A stretch of DNA of 64,000 nucleotides from an uncultured Verrucomicrobiae bacterium (GTDB lineage Bacteria; Verrucomicrobiota; Verrucomicrobiia; Chthoniobacterales; Terrimicrobiaceae): the NCBI GenBank assembly GCA_963706955.1, contig CAVPOC010000006.1, positions 32,001 to 96,000 on the forward strand, given 5' to 3'. The position numbers and the translations under genes are program-made. A model generated the notes under the pieces. The model was given only the letters and a program-made list of their open reading frames with translations. It did not search any database and was not told the origin of the DNA. Positions 19,508 to 28,786 of this stretch are shown here, one piece after another. The stretch's first letter is position 1, and every line of letters begins with the position of its first letter.

Positions 19508-20431
19508 TTACGCCCACTCGAGCGAGGCTCCACAGTGCGGGCAGGGACTTTGTCCTGGTTGGATCGTTCCGTTGCAGATCGGGCAGTTGGTCGTCAAGGC
19601 CACAGACACCTTTCGGGACGAGCTCGACGAAGAAGGGACGCTGGCGCCGGCTTCGAAGTTTTCGCCGATCTTGATTCCCGCAAGCTCGTCAAAGGGGATG
19701 TCTTCCACCAGGTAGTTGAGCTTGTCGTCGGCATTGACGAGGACAATGGTCGAGCGGTTTCGAAAGTAGTAATAAAAAATGAACGCCGGAATGGCGATGA
19801 ACAGGCCGCTGGCTGTCGCCATGAGAACCTCGCCGATACGCAAAGCCAAAGCTCTCGGGTCCGACACACCTGAGGAGCCAAGAACGGCGAAAGCCCCCAT
19901 CATTCCAATGACCGTTCCGAGCAGACCAATCATCGGCGCCACCACGCCGACAACGGAGAGATAACTATTCTTTGTCCTGAGCACCTGGGCTTCGCGCAAG
20001 CCGTGTTCGATCAACGCATTTTCCACGGCGTCCTTCCCGCGACCGATGCGCTCAAGAGCGCCCTTAAGGACACGGGCGATATATGCTTTGTTGGCGTGGC
20101 AGATCTCCCAAGCCTCTTGGTAATTGCCGGCCCGAATAGTCGCTTGAAGGGAGTCGAGTAAAGCTTTCGGCGCAAGTTGTTCATCGCGCAGGGTGAGAAA
20201 CAGCTGAATAATGAACGTCACCATGATGACGGAGGTCGCCAGGATCGCGACCCAGATCAAGATGATGAGAGGTCCGCCATCGGCGATCGTCTCCAGAATG
20301 GTGTGCGACTCTGCGGCGGCACTGGTCTCTCCGGTGGCCTCTTGCGCGAAGGCTCCAGGCGAAAGAAGGAGCAGCCAGCAGGAGGGAACGAGGGCGCGCG
20401 ACAGCAACGAATTAACTTTCTTCATGGGCAA
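19508..20431 (-). CDS. exbB: MotA/TolQ/ExbB proton channel with C-terminal zinc ribbon
   Basis: APMIGLLGTVIGM, L.ATASGL..AIPA; tail CPIC..CPHCG. Confidence 0.92.
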   Translation of the reverse strand: MPMKKVNSLLSRALVPSCWLLLLSPGAFAQEATGETSAAAESHTILETIADGGPLIILIWVAILATSVIMVTFIIQLFLTLRDEQLAPKALLDSLQATIRAGNYQEAWEICHANKAYIARVLKGALERIGRGKDAVENALIEHGLREAQVLRTKNSYLSVVGVVAPMIGLLGTVIGMMGAFAVLGSSGVSDPRALALRIGEVLMATASGLFIAIPAFIFYYYFRNRSTIVLVNADDKLNYLVEDIPFDELAGIKIGENFEAGASVPSSSSSSRKVSVALTTNCPICNGTIQPGQSPCPHCGASLEWA

Positions 20432-20435
20432 TCAA

Positions 20436-21179
20436 TCAGGGAACAATCACCTGCTTCTCTTTGACGAGAACGTCAGCGCGGTCCTGCGCTTTGGCAACAA
20501 CGGCTCGATCGTCGTGGAAAAGAGTAACCGCGCTTAAGTAGTCGCGGAGCGCCTCGGGATAGGCTCCTTCACTTTCATGCACCATTCCCATCAAGTAGAA
20601 CGCCTGCCCGTAAGCCGCGCTTTTCCCAGCGGGCGCGGCCATCACCTTGTCAGCTTCTGAGACGATCGGCAGAAGCCTCGCCTTGGCCGTTGCAAAATCC
20701 TTCTTCGAGACAGCCAGTCTCGCCAAGCCAATATCCGAGAGCGAGGTGGCATTTGGGTAGGACTTTGTGAATTCGGCGAAAGCGCTCTCCGCACCAGGAA
20801 GTTGGCCCAGCGAAAGATAAACGTCGCCAAGCATAGCGGCAGCTCGCTCCGCCCACTCGGTGGGCAGACCGCGAAAGGCCTCCACCACAGGCTTCAAAAA
20901 GCTCAGAGTTTGGTTGGCGTTGCCCTCCTGCCAAGCCTTGATCGCGTCCTCATATGCTTTGGGGGGATCCTTGGTTACCGAGGCAATTTGATCCATCGCG
21001 ATGCTAGTCTCGGCTGGTCCGACCTTGATCTTGAGCTTGCCATTGATGACGCCGAGGATTTCTCCCTCACGACGCTGCCCATCCTTTTGGACGATAAAAT
21101 CCTGGGCAATTAGCATGCTGAGGGTCCCCCAGAGGGTCACCAGAGCCAGGCAGCAACGCCGGGACACACTTGCATTCAT
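20436..21179 (-). CDS. exported TPR protein
   Basis: Signal peptide, small beta domain (KDG..REG.I.G), TPR-like helices. Confidence 0.8.
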   Translation of the reverse strand: MNASVSRRCCLALVTLWGTLSMLIAQDFIVQKDGQRREGEILGVINGKLKIKVGPAETSIAMDQIASVTKDPPKAYEDAIKAWQEGNANQTLSFLKPVVEAFRGLPTEWAERAAAMLGDVYLSLGQLPGAESAFAEFTKSYPNATSLSDIGLARLAVSKKDFATAKARLLPIVSEADKVMAAPAGKSAAYGQAFYLMGMVHESEGAYPEALRDYLSAVTLFHDDRAVVAKAQDRADVLVKEKQVIVP

Positions 21180-21235
21180 TTCTTATCTGCTTTAATCACA
21201 TCCGCCCGGCAAATCAACAGTTTCGCCGCTCTTTC

Positions 21236-22738
21236 ATGATTACCATTCTTCGAAAAAACCAGCGCGTGCTCATGCTGGTGGTCGCCGTCTTGACGATTAT
21301 CGCCTTTATCTGGCTCTACAATCCCGCAGATACCTATCAACTGGGGAGAGGCGCGGTCGCCACCATCTACGGGCGTAAAGTTTCCCAGGCGGATGTCGAG
21401 CGTCAGGTCAAGACTTATCAACTCGCTCTGGCGATGGGGCAATTCTCGCTGCTCGAAAACCTGGGCGGAATGAGTCAAGACGAGAATCAGGCTCTGGATG
21501 AATTTATCTGGAACCTTTTCGTCGTGCACCATCAGGCGAAAGAACTCGGTGTCGAGCCGACCGACTCGCAAATTGCTGACCGCATAAAAGCAGTTCGAAC
21601 CTTCCAGACGGGCGGGCAGTTCGATCCGTCGAAGTACAAGGTCTTCGTCCTCGAGCAACTTGGGCCGCGTGGTTTCACCGAGCTCCAGCTCGAGAACGTC
21701 ATTCGCGATGCTCTACGGGTCGAACGCATCCGAGAAATTGTCTCTTCTCCCGCCGCGGTTAGCGATCTGGATTTTCGAGACACCGCACGGGTGCTCCAGG
21801 AACTCAGCGCGCAGGTGGTTCGTTTTCCACTGGCGTCGGTTGCGAATGTCGCGAGCGTCACCGAGGAGGAAGTAGCCGACTTTTATCGGCAATATGGCCC
21901 GGCCTTATCGATCCCGGAAACACGCGCAGTCGAATATGTGAAATTCCCTCTCGTGCCGGGCGAGAAGCCGCTCGAGGGGCGCGAGAGAGTCGAAGCGCTC
22001 CAGAAGTTGGCCGACGCGGCCACGCAATTCTCCGAGCAAGCTGCGGCATCCTCCTTCGAAAACGCGGCCGCGACGCAGGGTCTGACAAGCCAAACAACCG
22101 CAGAATTTGACCGAGATGGCTCGACCACCTCGTCTAGCAATCAGGCCATCGCCGCGGATCTCAAGAACCTGGCGCCGACCGCGTTTCTTCTCACCGACAA
22201 AAATCCGGTGAGCGACGTCGTTCAGTCCGGTGACGCATTTTTCGTGCTGAAACTGGCGAAGGTAAATCCGCAGCGTCCGATGACCTTGGAGGAGGTGCGA
22301 CCCCTGGCCGAGAAACAACTGGGCGCACGCAAGGCGGAGCGTCTCCTTCGCGAAAAAGCCGAACCAGCGCTCGCTAAGATTCGCGAGGCCATGGCTGCAG
22401 GGAAGTCGTTTTCTGATGCAGCTGCGGCAGAGGGGCTGCCGGTCAAGAGCTTTGACCACCTCGACCCGAGCGGTGAAAACCTCTCCGCGGAAGAGCAGGG
22501 AATCGCTGCGGCCACGCTGCTCATGGAACCTGGACAGTTTTCCGGATTGATCTCCGATGCGGATGGTGGGTTCGCTGTCTTTCTCTTCGAACGCGCTCCC
22601 CTCGCTGCGGCTGCTCTGGAAAAGAAGCCTGAATTGACGGCGCGCATTCTGGAAAGCAAGCGTCGTTTGCTTTTTCAGACCTGGTTATCTTCGGCTCGCG
22701 ATGCCGCGAAAGTGACGCTTGCTTCCGTCCGAGAGTGA
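21236..22738 (+). CDS. SurA-N / PpiD-like periplasmic chaperone
   Basis: N-terminal TM, VATIYGRKV, FQTGGQFD, PETR.VEYV, LEEVR. Confidence 0.85.
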   Translation: MITILRKNQRVLMLVVAVLTIIAFIWLYNPADTYQLGRGAVATIYGRKVSQADVERQVKTYQLALAMGQFSLLENLGGMSQDENQALDEFIWNLFVVHHQAKELGVEPTDSQIADRIKAVRTFQTGGQFDPSKYKVFVLEQLGPRGFTELQLENVIRDALRVERIREIVSSPAAVSDLDFRDTARVLQELSAQVVRFPLASVANVASVTEEEVADFYRQYGPALSIPETRAVEYVKFPLVPGEKPLEGRERVEALQKLADAATQFSEQAAASSFENAAATQGLTSQTTAEFDRDGSTTSSSNQAIAADLKNLAPTAFLLTDKNPVSDVVQSGDAFFVLKLAKVNPQRPMTLEEVRPLAEKQLGARKAERLLREKAEPALAKIREAMAAGKSFSDAAAAEGLPVKSFDHLDPSGENLSAEEQGIAAATLLMEPGQFSGLISDADGGFAVFLFERAPLAAAALEKKPELTARILESKRRLLFQTWLSSARDAAKVTLASVRE

Positions 22739-22739
22739 C

Positions 22740-23093
22740 ATGTCTCGCCATCCTCGAGCTGTCGAACTTTTCGAAGAGGCGACCGGCGATATCGCGCTGG
22801 GCGAGATCGATGCGGCTGTCGCCAAATATCGGGAGTGTGTTCGACTTGATCCGGAGTATTTCGACGCCTGGCATGCGCTGGGGATGGCTCTGATGAAGGC
22901 GGCGCGCGTCGGTGAGGCGATCGAGGCCGGACTCAAGGCGGTCGAGATCAATCCCAATGACCAGCTCGCCTGGTCGAGTCTCTCGATCTTCTATGTAAAA
23001 AACGGCCAGGTGCCCGAGGCGGAGGCGGCCGGAGCTAAGGCGAGGATCTTGTCCTGGGGAGGAAAGATTAGAAAGGACGAGACCGAGCGGTGA
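22740..23093 (+). CDS. short TPR protein
   Basis: LDPEYFDAWHALG, INPNDQLAW TPR repeats. Confidence 0.85.
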   Translation: MSRHPRAVELFEEATGDIALGEIDAAVAKYRECVRLDPEYFDAWHALGMALMKAARVGEAIEAGLKAVEINPNDQLAWSSLSIFYVKNGQVPEAEAAGAKARILSWGGKIRKDETER

Positions 23094-24622
23094 AGGCGTT
23101 CTTCATTACGACGGCGATCGACTACACGAATGCCCCGCCGCATCTCGGCCACGCCTATGAGAAGATCCTTGCCGATGTCCTCGCCCGTTACCATCGCCTA
23201 AAGGGAGAGGCGACGTTCTTTCTCACCGGTGTGGATCAGCATGGCCAAAAGGTCCAGCAGGCCGCGCAACGAGAAGACATACCCGTCGAGAAATTCGTCG
23301 ATCAAACCACAGAGAAATTCGTGGCGCTCTGGAAGAAACTTGATCTCAGCTATGATGCTTGGGCCGCCACAACCAATCCCTTGCACAAGACCTGTGTCAG
23401 GAAAATTCTGCAGACACTCTACGAAAAGGGTGAGCTCTACAAGGCGACCTATCGGGGCTTCTATAGCGTGCGACAGGAGCAGTTTCTTACCGACAAGGAG
23501 CGCGGACCTGAGGGTGTCTTTGGCCCTGAGTGGGGCGAGGTTATCGAACTCGAGGAGGAAAATTGGTATTTCCGGCTGGCAAAATATCGCGCTTGGCTGC
23601 TGGCCTTTCTCGACACCCACCCGACCTGCGTTTCGCCAGCCTTTCGTCAGCAGGAATTACGCAATGCGGCCGAAAAGCTGAGCGGCGATTTATCGATCTC
23701 GCGCCCAAAGTCTCGTCTCGCCTGGGGGATCGAACTGCCATTTGACTCCTCATGTGTGACCTATGTCTGGTTCGATGCCTTGGTGAACTACATCAGTTTC
23801 GCCGGCTATCTTGAGGACGACATTGCTTTTCGCGAGCGTTGGCCTGCTTTGCACGTTATCGGCAAGGATATCCTCATTCCGGCGCATGGCATCTACTGGC
23901 TGGCCATGCTCAAGGCGATGGGCTTTGCCGATGACGATATGCCGACGTTTCTAGTCCATGGTTACGTCCTCGTCGATGGCGACAAGATGAGCAAATCTTT
24001 GGGCAACATTCGTGACCCAAATACGTTCGCCGATACCTTCGGCGCCGAAGCGCTTCGCTATTATCTCATGCGGGATTGTGTTGTCGGCCAGGATATGGAT
24101 TTCACCGACCAACGGTTGATTCAGCGCTTCAATAGCGAACTCGCTAACGGTCTCGGGAACCTTGTCAATCGAACACTCACCATGGCGCATCGATATCGCC
24201 ATGGCCGCTTATCACAGTCACTGCAGGATGGCTTGCGCGACCGCGCGCTCTCCGCCGCGAGCTCGTATGCGGAAGCCATGGAAGCCCAATCGATAAACCT
24301 CGCTCTGGAGAAAGTGGCGGAGCTGGTGACCGAGGCAAATCAGTTCGTGGAAAGAAGTGCGCCTTGGAAGCTCGCCCGGGAAGCAAACAATGAAGCGCGG
24401 CTCGACGCGATATTTTATCACCTGGCAGAAGTCATCAGGTTGATCGCGATCATGATCTCGCCGGTAATCCCAAAGGCCGCGGCAGACATTCTCCAACAAC
24501 TGAACTGGACTGGCCGGTGGGCGCTGACGGAAACGTCCTGGGGCATTTTGCCTGAGCGTCATCAACTCGGAGAGCCGCACCCAATTTTTCCAAGGATCGA
24601 AGCCACCGCCAAGGTGGACTAG
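23090..24622 (+). CDS. metG: methionine--tRNA ligase (short form)
   Basis: TTAIDY.N..PHLGH, YVWFDAL, GKDI, KMSKS. Confidence 0.97.
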   Translation: MKAFFITTAIDYTNAPPHLGHAYEKILADVLARYHRLKGEATFFLTGVDQHGQKVQQAAQREDIPVEKFVDQTTEKFVALWKKLDLSYDAWAATTNPLHKTCVRKILQTLYEKGELYKATYRGFYSVRQEQFLTDKERGPEGVFGPEWGEVIELEEENWYFRLAKYRAWLLAFLDTHPTCVSPAFRQQELRNAAEKLSGDLSISRPKSRLAWGIELPFDSSCVTYVWFDALVNYISFAGYLEDDIAFRERWPALHVIGKDILIPAHGIYWLAMLKAMGFADDDMPTFLVHGYVLVDGDKMSKSLGNIRDPNTFADTFGAEALRYYLMRDCVVGQDMDFTDQRLIQRFNSELANGLGNLVNRTLTMAHRYRHGRLSQSLQDGLRDRALSAASSYAEAMEAQSINLALEKVAELVTEANQFVERSAPWKLAREANNEARLDAIFYHLAEVIRLIAIMISPVIPKAAADILQQLNWTGRWALTETSWGILPERHQLGEPHPIFPRIEATAKVD

Positions 24623-24659
24623 CCTGAACTGCTGAATAGTCTCCACCGCAATTTGACCA

Positions 24660-25664
24660 GTGTCGGATTTCACTCCAACGTTGCGACAAAGGCTGGAATT
24701 TTGGGGACTTTCCCTCCTGGTCTGGATGGTAGGTCGCCTGCCCTATGGTTTCTTGCGACGGATGGCCGGGGTGCTTGGCGCCCTTGTCTTTGCTTTCGAC
24801 AAACGCGGAAGGGAAGTGGCTCTGGCAAACTTGGACTCCGCTTTCGGTGACGCACGCACGCGCCAAGAGAAGCGGCGAATCGCCGTGGGCAGCTATCAAA
24901 CATTTGCGCGCACGATGCTCGAGCTCTTTTGGTCCCCTAATCTTAGCGAGCGTGTCGCCCGCGGTATTGCACGGTTTGAAGGTCTCGAGCCTTGCCATAC
25001 TGATCCCCGGCAATCGGCGGTCTACCTCTGTTTGCACTACTCAAATTTCGAGTGGTTCAGCCAATTCGCCGCTTACACGGTCGGGAATGGTGCGGTGATC
25101 GCGCAGCGATTCAAGAACCCCCTCATCGGTCAGATTTTCGATCGCCTCCGAGCCAGTACCGGCCATTGGGTGATCCCGCAAGAGCGTGCCATGATTCGAA
25201 TGCTCAAACATCTCAAGAGCGGTGGCAAATTCGCGATGCTCTGTGACCTCAATCTCGATCCCAGCGAGACCAGCGTGATCATCGATACCTTCGGTGGCCT
25301 TAAGATCTGCGTGACACAGATGCAGTCCGCGCTGGCGCTCCGCACCGGCGCCAAAATCGTTCCTTGCGAATGCCGGCCGGAGGCCGACGGGACTTACCGA
25401 ATGGTGTATCACAAACCGCTAGAATTCTCAGCGGAGACCAGCGCGGCAGAGATTACCCAGCTCTGCTGGAACGTCCTGGAGCCGTCGATTCACCAACAAC
25501 CCGAATGCTGGCTTTGGGCCTACAAGCACTGGCGTTTCCTGCCATCCGACGACAAGAGCGGTCGCTATCCATTCTACGCCAACATCGCCAAGCGGTTCGA
25601 TAGAATGCAGGCGAAGCAACAGAAGGCGGCCTCTTCTACGGCTCGACAGTCTCCAGATAAGTAG
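24660..25664 (+). CDS. lipid A late acyltransferase (LpxL/HtrB family)
   Basis: H.SNFE, PE.WLW.YK.W, ANL..AF. Confidence 0.88.
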   Translation: MSDFTPTLRQRLEFWGLSLLVWMVGRLPYGFLRRMAGVLGALVFAFDKRGREVALANLDSAFGDARTRQEKRRIAVGSYQTFARTMLELFWSPNLSERVARGIARFEGLEPCHTDPRQSAVYLCLHYSNFEWFSQFAAYTVGNGAVIAQRFKNPLIGQIFDRLRASTGHWVIPQERAMIRMLKHLKSGGKFAMLCDLNLDPSETSVIIDTFGGLKICVTQMQSALALRTGAKIVPCECRPEADGTYRMVYHKPLEFSAETSAAEITQLCWNVLEPSIHQQPECWLWAYKHWRFLPSDDKSGRYPFYANIAKRFDRMQAKQQKAASSTARQSPDK

Positions 25665-27128
25665 ACTTGCCATCTTGAATCCGGAGAATCATTCCCGGCT
25701 TTCGGGGATTTCGATCTTGATCGAATGCGATTGTTCCAGTCACGCCGGCAAAATCCTTCGTCGCGGCAAGGGCATCTCTCAGCGCAGTTGAAGTGGTGCT
25801 GCCGCCGCGTCGCAAGGCATCCGCGAGGAGCCAGACGGCGTCGTAGGTGAGCGCGGCGAGCGAAGGAGGGGCTGCTTGAAACTTGGCCCGGTAAGACTCG
25901 CTGAAGGGCTTGGCTCTATCGGAGAGGCGCTCGCTGGAAAAATGGCTTGCGAAATAACAGTTGTTCACGGCTTGGCCCGCGAACTTGAGAAGCTCGCCGG
26001 AGTCCCAACCGTCCGTTCCAAGGAATGGAACTTCGATGGCCAGCTGGCGCGCTTGCTTAATGATGACCGCAGCCTCCGCGAAGTAGCTCGGGAGGAAAAC
26101 GATGTCGGGATTTCTCAGCTTAATGGCGTTGAGCTGGGTTGCATAGTCAACGTCGCCGGCCCGGAAGGTTTGCTCCGCCACGATCGATCCCCCTTGTTTG
26201 ACAAAATCAACCTTAAAGGCATTGCCCAAGCTCGTGCCATAAGGGTTGTCCCCATCAAAAAGGATGGCCACTTTTTCTGCATCGAGGGAGCGAGCGAATT
26301 TCGTCATCATGGCAGCTTGGAACGCATCAGTGTAGCAGACGCGAAAGACATAGTCGCCGACTGCAGTGATCTTCTCGTTGGTTGCGCTCGGAGTGATCAG
26401 AGGAATGCCGCGCTCCTGCGCGACCGCCGCAGCGGCGAGCGTGCGATCCGTGGTGATCTCGCCGATCAGCGCGACGACCTTCTCCGTGTCGATCAATTCG
26501 CCGACGACCGAGGCGACCCGTTCGGTTTGTGATTCAGTATCCTTGACGATCAGGTTCACCGGATGATCAAGAACGCCGCCTTGCTCGTTGATTTCATCGA
26601 CGGCCAGCTTCGCTCCATTTAAAGCCTCGATGCCGAAAGACGCGTGCGAACCAGTCAGTGGGATAAAAAGTCCAACCCGGGTGGCCAGCGGATCTTGCGG
26701 AGATTCGGGCAGTGTCAGGGGTCCGGGCGCCGGGATAGGCTCGACACTGTTTGGCGTTAAGGCTGGCCGCAGCAACTCTGCGGTTGTGCGGCGGCAACTC
26801 TGTGGTGTGCGGTGGCGACTCTGTGGCGTGCGGCGGCGACTCAGCGGTGTGCGGCGGCGACTCTGTGGCTTCCACGGCCGGCGCGACGGCAGGCGAGGGC
26901 GAGGCCGCGGCTTCCGGCGGCGGAACGGGAGCTTGTAGTGGCCGGACCGGAGCTTGCAGCAGCACGGAGGCTTGCTGCGCCGCGACGGCTTGCTGGGGAG
27001 CCTGCTCTGCGGTTGCGCGTTGTTGGTGCGGCGACGGGCTGTTCTTCAGCAAGTGCGGCCGGCTTTTTGTTGCAGCCGGTTAAAGCGAAGGCCACGCTTA
27101 AGACCAGCAACAGAGAAGTGCGCTTCAC
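25636..27128 (-). pseudogene. branched-chain amino-acid-type ABC substrate-binding lipoprotein with Pro-rich linker, two apparent +1 frameshifts
   Basis: Lipobox LTGC in ORF 26841-27212 (GTG 27128), linker in ORF 26594-27052, LivJ-like domain (PLTG..A.FG, INEQGGV, ATN..IT, GVTG.I.FD) in ORF 25636-26775. Confidence 0.8.
26772..26869 (-). repeat. 21-bp tandem repeat, about 4.5 copies, encoding (T/A)ESPPH(T/A)
   Basis: Minus-strand units ACAGAGTCGCCGCCGCACACC, GCTGAGTCGCCGCCGCACGCC, ACAGAGTCGCCACCGCACACC, ACAGAGTTGCCGCCGCACAACC. Confidence 0.9.
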
Positions 27129-27302
27129 TGGGCGAAGTCTAGGGCAGCTACGGGCGGGCGCAACCGAGTTGTGCGGGGGGAGGGAGCACTGGAGCGGGCA
27201 ACGAGAGTTCACTTTCCACCGAGCAAAACTCGGTCAGTTTTGCTCACTTAATTGGAAATCCCGATATTGCTCTAAGCCAGGATTAGGAGCTAAACTCTCT
27301 TT

Positions 27303-28721
27303 ATGCCCCTCGAGTCCGAACTGAAGGTTGAGAAGAAGGCCTTTCAAATTAATATGGACCCGCGCATTTATGGCGCTTTCGCGGAGATTGGCGCCGGGCA
27401 GGATGTCGCCCGCCGGTTCTTCGCCGTCGGCGGAGCTGCGGGCACCGTGGCTAAGTCAATTTCGGCCTACGACATGACTTTTTCGGACGCGATCTATGGT
27501 GCATGCGGGCGCTATGTGAGCAGAGCCCGGCTCGATAGCATGCTGACTCACGAATACAAGTTGCTGATCGAAAGGCTCGACGAAAAGTTCGGCGGATCGC
27601 GCACCTTTTTTGCCTTTGCAGATACGGTGGCCGCCCGCAGTTTTCGTCGTCATGCGGAATCGCAAGGTTGGATGGGCATCCGTTTTCAGAAACAGCCTCG
27701 GACAGAAACCAATGAAATCATTATTCATGTTCGGATGCTCGATCCCCGCAATCTCCAGCAACAGGAAGCTCTCGGGATCGTCGGAGTAAACCTTATTCAC
27801 GGAGCCTACTTTCTCACCGAGAATCCCGAAGCTTTAGTTGAGTCCCTTGTCGACGATCTAGCTCCGGGCCGTATTGAGATCGACATGATTCGCTTTACTG
27901 GTCCCGATTTTGCGGATGTGGATGATCGCATCATGGCGCTGCAGTTGGTCACGCAGAATCTTACCAATGCGGCGCTGTTTCGGGCCACTGGCGACATTGT
28001 GAATGCCGCCGATGCGCTCTATAAAAAGCCACTGCTCGTGGAGCGGGGAAGTTTCCGCCCGGTCACGCTCCTCGCCGATGACATGTTGAATTGTGGCAAG
28101 GCAATGTTCATGCGGGAGGAGGGGGTGCAGGACTCCGAGCCGGAGATTCTCATGGAGATCACGACGAAGAACCTCCTGGCGGGCGGGGAGCTTGACCTGC
28201 GAGATTTTCTGGACAGGGTCGATATGCTCGGCGCCATGGGCCGGACGGTGTTGATTTCGAATTACGGGGCCTATTACCGATTGGTGGATTATCTGACGCG
28301 TTACACCGATCGGATGGTCGGCTTGCCACTGGGAATTCCAGCGATGGCTGAGATTCTCGAAGAGGAGTATTATAAGGATCTCGAAGGCGGGATTCTGGAA
28401 GCTCTGGGGCGTCTCTTCAAGACCGGTGTCAAACTCTACGTGTATCCGTTTATGAATCCAAACGGAGACTTGGTGACCGCCGATAACTTCGAGGTGGCGC
28501 CAAACCTTGTCCACCTGTATCGGCACCTCCTGGATAACGGGTTTATTGAGTCTATGGATGGGTACAACCCGAGCTATTTGCCGATCAAGTCATCCGGTGT
28601 TCTGGCGAAGATCCGGGCCGGAACTGCGGGCTGGGAGAACATGGTTTCACCGGAGGTCGCGAAGATCATCAAGGAACGCCAACTCTTTGGATATCCCTCA
28701 GAGCTCGTGGCCAAGAACTGA
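27303..28721 (+). CDS. conserved protein with C-terminal nucleotidyltransferase (NadD-like) region
   Basis: YG.FAEIGAGQ, GGAAGTVAK..SAYDM..SD.IYG, RGSFRPVT, SS..V..I...W..MV..V...IK...LFG tail. Confidence 0.75.
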   Translation: MPLESELKVEKKAFQINMDPRIYGAFAEIGAGQDVARRFFAVGGAAGTVAKSISAYDMTFSDAIYGACGRYVSRARLDSMLTHEYKLLIERLDEKFGGSRTFFAFADTVAARSFRRHAESQGWMGIRFQKQPRTETNEIIIHVRMLDPRNLQQQEALGIVGVNLIHGAYFLTENPEALVESLVDDLAPGRIEIDMIRFTGPDFADVDDRIMALQLVTQNLTNAALFRATGDIVNAADALYKKPLLVERGSFRPVTLLADDMLNCGKAMFMREEGVQDSEPEILMEITTKNLLAGGELDLRDFLDRVDMLGAMGRTVLISNYGAYYRLVDYLTRYTDRMVGLPLGIPAMAEILEEEYYKDLEGGILEALGRLFKTGVKLYVYPFMNPNGDLVTADNFEVAPNLVHLYRHLLDNGFIESMDGYNPSYLPIKSSGVLAKIRAGTAGWENMVSPEVAKIIKERQLFGYPSELVAKN

Positions 28722-28786
28722 GCCAAGGCGCCAGGCTCTGCCAGGGCGAGGGTTGTTTGCTCTCACCGGCCTGATATGGTGAAAGG

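Noticed and set aside
26772..26869. Tandem repeats as a CRISPR array
   Set aside because: Units are contiguous 21-mers with no spacers, in frame within a coding linker, and no cas genes are present
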